Part shown: piece by piece, positions 1 through 8,388 of the stretch
How positions within the stretch are numbered: the stretch's first letter is position 1
Layout: the number at the start of each line of letters is the position of its first letter
From: Candidatus Alloenteromonas pullistercoris
GTDB taxonomy: Bacteria; Bacillota_I; Bacilli_A; RFN20; CAG-826
Direction of reading: 5' to 3'
NCBI GenBank assembly: GCA_017694295.1
Contig: JADINA010000012.1
Coordinates: forward strand, 3,150-67,149
DNA length: 64,000 bases
Position numbers and translations under genes: made by a program
The notes under the pieces: model-generated
What the model saw: the letters and a program-made list of their open reading frames with translations, nothing else
Told to the model about the DNA's origin: nothing
Database searches by the model: none

Positions 1-1060
1 CAGGTACCAAAATGCCATCGCAATCCCCAAGCAACTCTTCAGCCGACTCGGGCACCACGTCCATCGACTTGACCCACTTGATCTCGACTTTGGCGTCATG
101 GGAATACCCGGCCGCCTTCAAGGCCTGGTAAACCGAGATATAGGCATCCTTAAGCTCGACGTATTTGCCGACCAAGGCGATTTTGACGGTTTGTTTTGGA
201 TGGTTGATCCTTTCGATAAACGACTGAAGCGGCTTTAGATCCGGGGCTTTGGCTTCCATCCCGAAGTGGGCGAGGACGTAATCGTCTATGCCCTGGGCAT
301 GGAGCTTGATGGGCAATTCGTAAAGGCAGGGGCAGTCATCGGCCTCGAAGACGCCTTGGATTGGGACGTTGCAGAATAGCGACACCTTCTCCCTAGTCCG
401 CGGGTCGAGGGGGACTTCGCTACGAAGGATGATGGCATCGGGCTGGATGCCAAGCCCGGTAAGTTCCTTAACCGAATGCTGGGTCGGCTTCGTCTTGCTT
501 TCCTCGCTCGTCTTAAGGTAAGGGACGAGGGTGTTGTGGAGGAACATCGTGTTTTGATAGCCGAATTCAAGCCGGGCTTGCCTGATGGCCTCAAGGAAGG
601 GAAGGGATTCGATGTCGCCGACGGTTCCGCCGATCTCGGTTATGACGATGTCGGCTTGGCTGACCTTGGCGGCGTCAAGCAGGCGCGACTTTATCTCGTT
701 GGTCACGTGGGGGATGACCTGGACGGTCGCCCCCAAATAGTCCCCGCGCCTTTCACGGGCGATGACCGAGGAGTAGATCTTCCCGGAGGTGACGGAGCTT
801 TCCTTGGTCAGGTCGACGTCGAGCCAGCGTTCGTAATGGCCGATGTCCAAATCGGTCTCGGCCCCGTCCTCGGTGACGTAAACCTCGCCATGCTGATAAG
901 GCGACATCGTCCCCGGATCGACGTTGAGGTAGGGGTCAAACTTCTGCATGAAGACGTTTAGGCCCCGCTGCTTAAGCAAAAAGCCGAGACTAGAGGCGGA
1001 AATGCCCTTTCCCAAACTGGAAACGACCCCCCCGGTGACGAATATGAACTTGGTATCCAT
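1..1060 (-). CDS. pyrG: CTP synthase, N-terminal ~353 codons (3' part runs off the window edge)
   Basis: Absent from the supplied ORF track because it is open-ended. The reverse complement from ATG 1060-1058 reads [79 protein letters not shown]..., a canonical CTP synthase N-terminus. Track ORFs 286-594(-) and 476-961(+) are shadow frames inside it. Confidence 0.9.
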   Translation of the reverse strand, partial: MDTKFIFVTGGVVSSLGKGISASSLGFLLKQRGLNVFMQKFDPYLNVDPGTMSPYQHGEVYVTEDGAETDLDIGHYERWLDVDLTKESSVTSGKIYSSVIARERRGDYLGATVQVIPHVTNEIKSRLLDAAKVSQADIVITEIGGTVGDIESLPFLEAIRQARLEFGYQNTMFLHNTLVPYLKTSEESKTKPTQHSVKELTGLGIQPDAIILRSEVPLDPRTREKVSLFCNVPIQGVFEADDCPCLYELPIKLHAQGIDDYVLAHFGMEAKAPDLKPLQSFIERINHPKQTVKIALVGKYVELKDAYISVYQALKAAGYSHDAKVEIKWVKSMDVVPESAEELLGDCDGILVP

Positions 1061-1129
1061 GGCAACCTCCGGATCACAACCCGGAAATTGTATAGCCAAA
1101 GGGGAAACTAATTAAGAGAAATCTTCAGC

Positions 1130-3334
1130 CTATTGCCCTTTCAATGAGAAATCGGAGACGAAATGGCCCCCATCCGGCGTGTCGATCTCGATTTTCGCAT
1201 AATGCGTGGGGATGCCAAGATGGACGGGGATGACGCACACCCCCTTTTCCCGATCGGCCCGAAGTAAGAAAAGGTTATAGGCCCCTTTTTGGTAGGCAAG
1301 GGTATCGCCATCGTCTTCATAATGGTAGGTGGCGGCCTCATCCATCGTCCAATAAAGGCGCAAAACATCGCTATACGCAGTCGATTTGGTCCCCACCGGG
1401 TTAAGGCAAAGCAGCGAATGGTCGCGGACGAATAGGGGGATGTCGTCAAGCGAGCAGTCGATGAGGTGATAGCCTTTATCGTAATGCTTCCCGTCGAAAT
1501 AGCTATAAAACCCATCGGGGAAGTATGCGGAGCGCTTACTTTGTCCTGGGAAAAGGGAGGGAGCAAGCAAAAGCGACTCCCCAAGCATCAAGGAAGTGTT
1601 CTCGTTGTAGACGTTCTCGTCTTCCGGGAAGTTGTAGACCAATGGCCTTATGGGCAAAAGCCCCGAGCTAAGGTGGAGGAAAAGGGAATCGTAAAACGTA
1701 GGCAAAAGCTCATAACGGGTCAAAATCGCCTTTCTTATCCGCTTCGTGGTCAACTCGTCGAAGGCGAATGGCTCCTGCTTTATGGTACCGAGGGAGGAAT
1801 GGTTCCGATATAAGGGGTTGAAAAGGGCGGCCACGTACCATCTTGTGAGCAGCTCGGCGGTCGTATCCCCGCCAAAGCCCCCGATGTCGACGCCGCAGTT
1901 GACGAAGCCGGAAAGGGAAAGGTTGCAAAGCTGGGGGATCATGAGGCGGAGGTGGTCATAGCTCGATTGGTTGTCCCCGCTCCAGGTCGCGGCAAAGGCG
2001 GAAGTCCCGGCGTAGGCGGCCCGGGTGATGATGTAAGGTCTTTTATCCGCCTTGGCGAATCCGGCGAAGGTCGCCTCGTCTATCCAATGCCCATAGACGT
2101 TATGGGCAACACAATGGGGAAGCCCGCCCATGTCGACATCATCTGGCAATGGGCCTTTGAAGGAGGAGGGTTCGTTCATGTCGTTCTCGATCCCGGTCAA
2201 GCCGGTCTTTTCGAGGAATCTAAAGACGTTTTCGGCCCACCAAGCCCTTACCTCTTTTTTCGCGAAGGCGGGGAAAACCGAGTCGCCTGGCCAAACCTCG
2301 CCATGGTAAACCTCGCCGTTAAGCGTGCAGAAATAGCCTTTTTCCATGCCTTCGTCGTAAATCGGATAGCCTTCTAGGGCTTTGACGCCCGCATCGACGA
2401 TGGCGCAGGCCCCGATGCCTTTTTCCTTTAGGCGGGAAAGCAAAGAGGGGAAATCGGGGAAGGCGGAGGAATTGATAGTGAAATCCATGTAGCGGTCCAT
2501 ATAGTCGATGTCGAAATGGACCATCGAAAGAGGGATGTCCGCATCCTCGTATCCCTTGACCATCGAAAGCAATTCCTCTTCGTTTGAATAGCTCCAGCGC
2601 GATTGCTGATTGCCAAGCGCCTTTCGCGGCGGAAGGGGGGTTCGCCCAAGCAAGGAGGTGTAATCGGAGATGACGTCGGGCATGGCCCCAAAGAAGCAAT
2701 AAAGGTCAAGCCCTCCCTCGGCATAGGCGTATTCCACCACCCCTTTCTTCCTCTTCCCGATGTCGAAAAGGCATTTGGAGGTGTTGTCGAAAAATAGCCC
2801 GGCGGTGCAACTGGGGGAGAAAAGCAAAAAGAAGGGGATCGACTTATATAATGATTTATAGGTGTCGCTATGGGGGGTTGGGTCGTCGGTGTTCCAATTG
2901 ACATAGCCATAGCCCCGCTTATCAAGCGGCCCGGTCTTGTCTCCTAAACCGTAGACGGGCCCATCGAAGGCAAAGCCGATGCCCCCCTCGTATTCCCCGC
3001 TTGAATTGGCGGCATGGCCCTCCTTTTCGGCCAAGGAGGCGTCTATTGTTTCTTCTTTTTGGACGAAAGGAAGGGTGCAAAGGGCCTTTTGGCCTTTGAA
3101 ATAGACGGTCAAGGCAAAGGAAGGGGACACCTCCACCCGAAGATCGCCATAGCTTAGCCAATATTCGCCGACCTCGATCCCATCATCGACTAAGGCGATT
3201 GGCTTGACGGCGAAGGAGGCTCTGACGTCTTTCATGCGGATCCGGAACGCCGAGGTCGAAAGGAAGAAGAGGAAGCGCGTGCCCGAAGGCGATTCAAGGC
3301 GGAATTCCCCGTTACTCTGCTTTTCAATTTTCAT
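1130..3334 (-). CDS. Glycoside hydrolase family 31 alpha-glucosidase/alpha-xylosidase-like enzyme
   Basis: 734 aa from ATG 3334 (MKIEKQSNGEF...). GH31-type motifs are GIENDMNEP (nucleophile region) and WSGDNQSSYDHL. The track ORF extended to 3511 would read through tRNA-Glu and its terminator, so I chose the first ATG downstream of those. Confidence 0.8.
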   Translation of the reverse strand: MKIEKQSNGEFRLESPSGTRFLFFLSTSAFRIRMKDVRASFAVKPIALVDDGIEVGEYWLSYGDLRVEVSPSFALTVYFKGQKALCTLPFVQKEETIDASLAEKEGHAANSSGEYEGGIGFAFDGPVYGLGDKTGPLDKRGYGYVNWNTDDPTPHSDTYKSLYKSIPFFLLFSPSCTAGLFFDNTSKCLFDIGKRKKGVVEYAYAEGGLDLYCFFGAMPDVISDYTSLLGRTPLPPRKALGNQQSRWSYSNEEELLSMVKGYEDADIPLSMVHFDIDYMDRYMDFTINSSAFPDFPSLLSRLKEKGIGACAIVDAGVKALEGYPIYDEGMEKGYFCTLNGEVYHGEVWPGDSVFPAFAKKEVRAWWAENVFRFLEKTGLTGIENDMNEPSSFKGPLPDDVDMGGLPHCVAHNVYGHWIDEATFAGFAKADKRPYIITRAAYAGTSAFAATWSGDNQSSYDHLRLMIPQLCNLSLSGFVNCGVDIGGFGGDTTAELLTRWYVAALFNPLYRNHSSLGTIKQEPFAFDELTTKRIRKAILTRYELLPTFYDSLFLHLSSGLLPIRPLVYNFPEDENVYNENTSLMLGESLLLAPSLFPGQSKRSAYFPDGFYSYFDGKHYDKGYHLIDCSLDDIPLFVRDHSLLCLNPVGTKSTAYSDVLRLYWTMDEAATYHYEDDGDTLAYQKGAYNLFLLRADREKGVCVIPVHLGIPTHYAKIEIDTPDGGHFVSDFSLKGQ

Positions 3335-3394
3335 GCCCACATTATTGCCTAAGCCAAAAGAGGGAACAAGAGGGAAAGGCGAGGCAGATAGCGG

Positions 3395-3429
3395 AAAAAC
3401 AAAAAACCTATGACGGGTTTCGTCATAGG
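3395..3429 (-). terminator. Rho-independent terminator after tRNA-Glu
   Basis: On the minus strand: CCTATGACG-aaacc-CGTCATAGG followed by TTTTTTGTTTTT. Confidence 0.8.
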
Positions 3430-3442
3430 CGCAACTCACCAA

Positions 3443-3517
3443 TGGTGACCCCAGCTGGAGTCGAACCAGCCATTGGACCTTGAGAGGGTCCCGTCTTAAC
3501 CGATTGACCATGGGGCC
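3443..3517 (-). tRNA. tRNA-Glu (anticodon CUC), CCA encoded
   Basis: GGCCCCATGGTCAATCGGTTAAGACGGGACCCTCTCAAGGTCCAATGGCTGGTTCGACTCCAGCTGGGGTCACCA. It folds as a cloverleaf with a 7-bp acceptor stem, anticodon loop CU-CUC-AA and T-loop TTCGACT. Confidence 0.9.
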
Positions 3518-3533
3518 TTGTGGGGTCGGTGCA

Positions 3534-3563
3534 TATTTAACTATTGAAGAGGGACAATATCAA
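3534..3563 (-). promoter_or_regulatory. Candidate sigma-70 promoter for tRNA-Glu
   Basis: Minus strand TTGATA-18 nt-TAAATA. The -10 ends about 16 nt upstream of the tRNA 5' end. Confidence 0.4.
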
Positions 3564-3564
3564 G

Positions 3565-3597
3565 AAAAATAATCAAAACCCCGGGGTGATCCCGGGG
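3565..3597 (-). terminator. Rho-independent terminator after gltX
   Basis: Minus strand CCCCGGG-atcac-CCCGGGG followed by TTTTGATTATTTTT. Confidence 0.75.
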
Positions 3598-3617
3598 CGA
3601 TGGGGGCAAAAGGCCGA

Positions 3618-5282
3618 TTAGTTGAGGTTTTGGCAGATCTTCTCAAGCCGCAATTTGACTTCATCGGGCCCCAAAATCTCCAATATCTCGTGGAGGTTGG
3701 GGGACTGCGAGGAGGTGGTGATGGCGATCCGAAGCAGCTCCGCCCCATCGGAAACTGATCCCAAATAGGCATCGGGGTTTGCCTTGTAGTCCTTATTTGA
3801 GCTGGCAAAGCCATGAGCGGAGGCGATTTCCTTCACCCCATTCCACCAAGTCGTTTCGTCATCGCCAAAAGCCATGTGGTCGCGCAGATCAAGCAAAAGC
3901 GACTTAATGTCGGAAGCCTCGTAACGCGAGGGGAAGGAAAGCCCTTCGGCGAGCTTCCTCTCCCATTCGTCGTGGAAGAAGAACTTGATAAGGGGGTAGA
4001 TATCGGAATACTTGGCGTAGTCTTTGCGCGGATTTTTCCTCTCCTTCTCGATGTTTAGGATCCTTTTGACGTAATCGGGGGACTCCTTTATCCGCTTGGC
4101 AAACTCCTCATCATGGGCATCCGCATAGTCTTTGACGGCATTGAAAAGCTCATCAAGAGGCATCTTGGCGATGACTTCCTTGGAGAAGTAATTCAATTTC
4201 CCCTCGTCGAACAAAGCCCCGTCGAGGCTCATCTTCTTCAAGGAGAAAGGGAACTCGTTGAGATCGAAGCTCTTATGGGCGATCGACCATTCCTCGAAGT
4301 TGGAGTTGGCGATAGACATAAGGTAGACAAGCAAAGCCTTCGGGCAATAGCCGTTATCGAGGAAATAGGAGACGGCGGCCTCCGGGTCCTTCCGCTTGCT
4401 TAGCTTCCGCTTATTCCCATGGTCGAGTTTCATGATCGAGGGGATGTGGGCGTACTTTGGGGGCTTCCAGCCAAGGGCCCGGAACATGTCGAGGTGGATC
4501 GGGGTCGAGGGGATCCACTCCTCGCCGCGGGTTATGATGGTCGTCCGCATGAAGTGGTCGTCGCAGACGTGGGCGAAATGGTAGGTCGGGAGGCCGTCGC
4601 TTTTGAGGATGACGACGTCGGTGTCGTTGTCCTGAAGCTCAATCTCGCCGCGGATGGCGTCGACGAACTTGGTTTTCTTGTCGTGGTCGCCCTCGCTGCG
4701 GAAGCGGATGACCCACGGGATCCCGGCCTTGATTTTCTCAATCCGCTGCTCGACGCTTAGGTTCCGGTCGCGGGCATAAGCCCCATAATATCCGGGGAGT
4801 ATTTTGTGCTCCTCCTGGAACTTCCTTATCTTCTCTAGATCCTCCGGGGTGCAGAAATCCGGATACGCCCGGCCCCGCCTCACCAATTCCTTGATGACGG
4901 CTTTGTAAATTTCGCGCCGCTCGCTTTGCTTATAAGGCCCATAGGCCCCTTTGTCCCCCTCGGGGAAATAGCCCTCATCGGCCACTAGGCCGAATTGGGC
5001 AAGCTCCTGAATCAAAAGGTCGCCGCTTCCCTGGATCGTCCGCTTGGTGTCGGTGTCCTCAAGGCGGAAGAAATAGACGCCCCCGCTTTTTTTGGCGGTC
5101 AAATAGGATATGAGGGTCGTGAAAAGCGACCCGGTGTGGAGGAAGCCGGTCGGCGAAGGGGCGAAGCGGGTCACTTGGGCCCCCTCGGGCAGTTCGCGCA
5201 TCGGGTATTTCCTCTCCAAATCGTCGATGGTCAGGGTGACATCGGGGAACAGCAATTCGGCTAAATCGGCATTCGTGCTCAT
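3618..5282 (-). CDS. gltX: Glutamate--tRNA ligase (class I aaRS)
   Basis: RFAPSPTGFLHTGSLFT (HIGH-type motif), FFRLEDTDTKR, and KLSKRK (KMSKS motif). I placed the start at ATG 5282 (MSTNADL) because GGAGG lies 7 nt upstream. The track start at 5303 is an alternative. Confidence 0.85.
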   Translation of the reverse strand: MSTNADLAELLFPDVTLTIDDLERKYPMRELPEGAQVTRFAPSPTGFLHTGSLFTTLISYLTAKKSGGVYFFRLEDTDTKRTIQGSGDLLIQELAQFGLVADEGYFPEGDKGAYGPYKQSERREIYKAVIKELVRRGRAYPDFCTPEDLEKIRKFQEEHKILPGYYGAYARDRNLSVEQRIEKIKAGIPWVIRFRSEGDHDKKTKFVDAIRGEIELQDNDTDVVILKSDGLPTYHFAHVCDDHFMRTTIITRGEEWIPSTPIHLDMFRALGWKPPKYAHIPSIMKLDHGNKRKLSKRKDPEAAVSYFLDNGYCPKALLVYLMSIANSNFEEWSIAHKSFDLNEFPFSLKKMSLDGALFDEGKLNYFSKEVIAKMPLDELFNAVKDYADAHDEEFAKRIKESPDYVKRILNIEKERKNPRKDYAKYSDIYPLIKFFFHDEWERKLAEGLSFPSRYEASDIKSLLLDLRDHMAFGDDETTWWNGVKEIASAHGFASSNKDYKANPDAYLGSVSDGAELLRIAITTSSQSPNLHEILEILGPDEVKLRLEKICQNLN

Positions 5283-5319
5283 AAAAGACCTCCGGTCCGG
5301 CAAGATTATATTCTTCCCC

Positions 5320-5349
5320 TTGCATTGCTTAAAGGGGGATGCGTATAAT
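5320..5349 (+). promoter_or_regulatory. Candidate sigma-70 promoter for tRNA-Gly(GCC)
   Basis: TTGCAT-18 nt-TATAAT, about 21 nt upstream of the tRNA 5' end. Confidence 0.55.
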
Positions 5350-5370
5350 AGCCAAGCCCGAAAGGGACCT

Positions 5371-5444
5371 GCAGGCGTAGTTCAATGGTAGAACATTACC
5401 TTGCCAAGGTAAATACACGGGTTCGATTCCCGCCGCTTGCTCCA
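5371..5444 (+). tRNA. tRNA-Gly (anticodon GCC), CCA encoded
   Basis: GCAGGCGTAGTTCAATGGTAGAACATTACCTTGCCAAGGTAAATACACGGGTTCGATTCCCGCCGCTTGCTCCA. Anticodon loop UU-GCC-AA; discriminator U. Confidence 0.9.
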
Positions 5445-5456
5445 GGAAAACGATAT

Positions 5457-5486
5457 GGCCGAACCGCTCGGCCTTTTCTTTTTTTT
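5457..5486 (+). terminator. Rho-independent terminator after tRNA-Gly
   Basis: GGCCGA-accgc-TCGGCC followed by TTTTCTTTTTTTT. Confidence 0.8.
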
Positions 5487-5528
5487 CGCTTAGCAAAAGC
5501 CTAGGCTCGGCAATATAATTCCCTTGCC

Positions 5529-6389
5529 ATGATAAACGTCCACGTCAATCTGCTTTCCTCCCCGCTTCCGGAGGCTTTTGATTTCCTTTTCAAGTCCAAC
5601 CACCTAAGCGAGGGCGAAGCCGCCTCCGCAAAAGCCGCGTTAACTGGCATGGATTCGGACTCAACCTATGCCAAGCTGCTCCAAACCGGGGAGGCGATCG
5701 GCTTTGCCGTCTATACCCTAGCCAATTTGTTGCATAGGAAGATGACCTTTTACGCCGAAATCGAGATCGAGCCTTCGCGCCATTTGCTTTCCGGCCTAAG
5801 CAAAAAGGAGGTCATCCTTTCCGCCCTTATGGGGTTAAAGTCCGAAAGGGCGGAGTCGGGTAAGCCGGCCCGGCTCATAGTAAGGGCCGATTCCGCAATC
5901 GACGTCGAAGAGGCAAACGCCTACCGCGAAGACGGGGTGGCGGGCATCAGCATATCCAACCCTAATGAGGCCAAATCGATCGCCGATAGGTGTATCGACC
6001 TTTCCCTCCCCTATATGGCCGACGTCTCCGCCCTTGGGATAAGGCCGGCCCTCTCCCTTTCGCCCCACCGCCTTTATGGCGCTTCGCCCTTATTCGAAGA
6101 TAGGAACAGCCTGCTCCTTTCCCGCTTCGCCTCCTGCCAAATCGAATTGCCGGGCGGGCCGATCGGCGAACTAGAAAAAGGAATGTTAGGCAACCTCCTT
6201 TTGGCGACCCCGTCCCTCTCTAGCGACCCAATCGCCCAATACCGCCAAATCAAAAACGGACTTGGCTTAGATTCCGACTCCTGGCGCGAGTTTATAATCC
6301 AATCCGCCGATGGCTGCTTCCTTGATGAGGAGGAAAAGAAGTTCCTCAAGGAAATCGTCATCAAAAAGTTCCTAAGCGGCGAGGAATAG
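5529..6389 (+). CDS. Hypothetical protein; possible degenerate adenosine-deaminase-fold protein with catalytic residues substituted
   Basis: 286-aa ORF with an ATG start. By-eye resemblance to ADA blocks: NVHVNL vs HxHLDG, LIVRADSA vs ITVHAGEA, IELPGGPI vs IExCxTSN, PSLSSDP vs SxNTDDP, and FLDEEEKKFLKE vs FLSxEEKxxL. Confidence 0.35.
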   Translation: MINVHVNLLSSPLPEAFDFLFKSNHLSEGEAASAKAALTGMDSDSTYAKLLQTGEAIGFAVYTLANLLHRKMTFYAEIEIEPSRHLLSGLSKKEVILSALMGLKSERAESGKPARLIVRADSAIDVEEANAYREDGVAGISISNPNEAKSIADRCIDLSLPYMADVSALGIRPALSLSPHRLYGASPLFEDRNSLLLSRFASCQIELPGGPIGELEKGMLGNLLLATPSLSSDPIAQYRQIKNGLGLDSDSWREFIIQSADGCFLDEEEKKFLKEIVIKKFLSGEE

Positions 6390-6401
6390 AAACGCAAAAG
6401 G

Positions 6402-7064
6402 TCATTCGTTTTTCAGTTTTCCGCGCAAATTAAGCTCGGAAAGATCGTGGACGGCGACCGCGGCCGCGTGGGGGTCAAGCGGATCGACGTTTTGGCTTTC
6501 CATATAGGAGATGAACGAAGGCAGGTTCTTCAGCGAGACGAGGAAATTGTCGCTGTAGGTGTTTTCTATCGGGGTCATCATGCAATCGTCGTTTATCAAG
6601 ACGATGGAGACGAGGAAGCGGGAATCGAAGCCGGTCATCATCGAAAGCCGCTCAACCCTTATTTTGTTGATGAGCATCGGGTTTTGGATGTAGATGGCCT
6701 TTTTCCCGGAATAGAAAATCCAGTTTGGGTCCTCCTCCTTGGCGGCGATGGCCCCCGGGTAATAACGGTCGCGGATGCAATAAATGAATTTGTTGCCGAC
6801 CATGATGTGGTCGATGTGGAACACCTCGGAGCCGGCGGTCATGTTGACGAAGTCGTTGATGAGGAAGAAATCGTTGTACAAAACGACCTTCTTGATCGTC
6901 TTATAGTACATCCGCATCGTGAAATGCTTATAAAGGAACCGCTTTATCGGGTCTTTTAGGAAAAGGACGAGGAAAAAGACGCCAACCAAGCTCGCCAGCA
7001 CGCAGAAAATAGAGAGGCGGACCTCATAGGTCAAATCAAAAGAGGCGGCGGCGAGGCAATCCAT
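6402..7064 (-). CDS. Membrane-anchored NERD (nuclease-related domain)-like protein
   Basis: N-terminal TM helix, then FHIDHIMVGNKFIYCIRDRYYPG...NPMLINK. This resembles the NERD core (iDhlvig..gifviEvKn..G ... nP..Qn). Confidence 0.55.
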   Translation of the reverse strand: MDCLAAASFDLTYEVRLSIFCVLASLVGVFFLVLFLKDPIKRFLYKHFTMRMYYKTIKKVVLYNDFFLINDFVNMTAGSEVFHIDHIMVGNKFIYCIRDRYYPGAIAAKEEDPNWIFYSGKKAIYIQNPMLINKIRVERLSMMTGFDSRFLVSIVLINDDCMMTPIENTYSDNFLVSLKNLPSFISYMESQNVDPLDPHAAAVAVHDLSELNLRGKLKNE

Positions 7065-7078
7065 TTCCCGATTCCCCT

Positions 7079-7822
7079 TTAGGCGAAATCCTCAGCGGCG
7101 CCCAAGGCGACCTCGACCATGTCGACTAAGCCGGTTTGCCTTTGCTCGGCGCTCATCTCCGCCCCGCCGAGAAAGGAATTGGAGACGGTGAGGACGCAAA
7201 GAGCCTTCTTGCCCAAGGTCGCGGCGTTGGCATAGAGGGCATAGGATTCCATCTCCACGCCCAAGACGTGGAGCCCGGCCCACTTCTTCCAATATTCCGG
7301 GTCGGCGTCATAGAAGCCATCCCCGCTTAAGACGTTGCCGACGTGGACTTTCTTGCCAAGCCTTTTGGCGGCGTTATAGGCCGAAAGCAAGACGTCGAAG
7401 GAGGCGATGGCCGAATAGGTCCCGCCTTTTAGGTCATATCGTCCCATCCAATTCGAATCGGTGCAGCTGCCCTGTGCGAGCAAAACGTCGCCTAGCCCAA
7501 GGGAAGGCAAATAGGCCCCGGCCGTGCCGATCCGGATGATGGTCTCGACGCCATAGAAGGCGTAGAGCTCATAGGAGTAGATGCCGATCGACGGCATCCC
7601 CATGCCCGAGGCCATGACCGAGACGCGCTTCCCGTTTTTCGTCAAGCCGGTGTAGCCCAAGACGTTGCGGGTCGAGGTGACGAGCTTGGCGTCGACTAAG
7701 AAGGTCTCGGCGATCCATTTGGCCCGAAGCGGGTCGCCCGGCATCAAGACCACTTTGGCGAAATCGCCTTCCTTGGCCCCGATGTGGGGGGTTGGGGTTT
7801 TCATGTTGGTTGGGGTATGCAT
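7079..7822 (-). CDS. deoD: Purine nucleoside phosphorylase, DeoD type
   Basis: TPHIGAKEGDFAKVVLMPGDPLRAKWIAETFL...SVMASGMGMPSIGIYSYEL closely parallels E. coli DeoD. AGGAGG lies upstream of ATG 7822. Confidence 0.9.
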   Translation of the reverse strand: MHTPTNMKTPTPHIGAKEGDFAKVVLMPGDPLRAKWIAETFLVDAKLVTSTRNVLGYTGLTKNGKRVSVMASGMGMPSIGIYSYELYAFYGVETIIRIGTAGAYLPSLGLGDVLLAQGSCTDSNWMGRYDLKGGTYSAIASFDVLLSAYNAAKRLGKKVHVGNVLSGDGFYDADPEYWKKWAGLHVLGVEMESYALYANAATLGKKALCVLTVSNSFLGGAEMSAEQRQTGLVDMVEVALGAAEDFA

Positions 7823-7834
7823 AAGGTCCTCCTG

Positions 7835-8344
7835 CTAAGTATTTGAAGCGTTGGGGTCGACGTCGACGATATAAGCTCCCGAGACGACGTCGGTGAAGTC
7901 GCGGTGGCTTGGGGAAAGGCAAACGCAGATGATCTCGACGACCATCGATAGCCCAAGGGTCAAAAAGACCAGGGAGAGGGTGACGATGGCCCGGATGAGG
8001 TATTGACGCGATTCAAGCGGATTGCCGTCTTTGTCGGAAAGCTTCAAGTCGAAGAAGCGCAGCCCAAGCGTCTGCCCTCCCCTAAACCGGGGGTAAGCGA
8101 CCAGATAAAGCGCATCGACGGCGAGGCAGATGGCCCCGGTGGAGGCGGCAATGAGGTAATTGGAGAAGATGACGGCGAAAAGGGTGTCGAAGAAGGTGTT
8201 GATCAAAACGATGAAGGAGGGGATGGCGATTATGAGGTCGATGACGATCAAAACCGCGAAATCCAAAAAGGCGGCGACTATCCGGCGCCCGGGTATCGTT
8301 TTCTCCCTTTGGCTTAGCCTCGCGGCTTCCTGCTGTTCGTCCAC
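7835..8344 (-). CDS. RDD-family integral membrane protein
   Basis: RRIVAAFLDFAVLIVIDLII and GGQTLGLRFFDLKLSDKDGNPL are typical RDD-domain blocks. Apparent GTG start with GAGG 8 nt upstream. Confidence 0.6.
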   Translation of the reverse strand: MDEQQEAARLSQREKTIPGRRIVAAFLDFAVLIVIDLIIAIPSFIVLINTFFDTLFAVIFSNYLIAASTGAICLAVDALYLVAYPRFRGGQTLGLRFFDLKLSDKDGNPLESRQYLIRAIVTLSLVFLTLGLSMVVEIICVCLSPSHRDFTDVVSGAYIVDVDPNASNT

Positions 8345-8388
8345 TTTAAAACCTCAAGGGAAATATTACCATCAACCCCGGGAAATGG

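Noticed and set aside
286-961. Track ORFs 286-594(-) and 476-961(+) at the left edge.
   Set aside because: Both are alternative frames inside the open-ended pyrG coding sequence, which the track omits. Their sequences are Arg/Ser/Pro-rich or Gly/Asp/Val-rich nonsense.
3335-3511. N-terminal 59-codon extension of the GH31 ORF.
   Set aside because: It would read through tRNA-Glu (3443-3517) and its terminator. I chose the internal ATG at 3334 instead.
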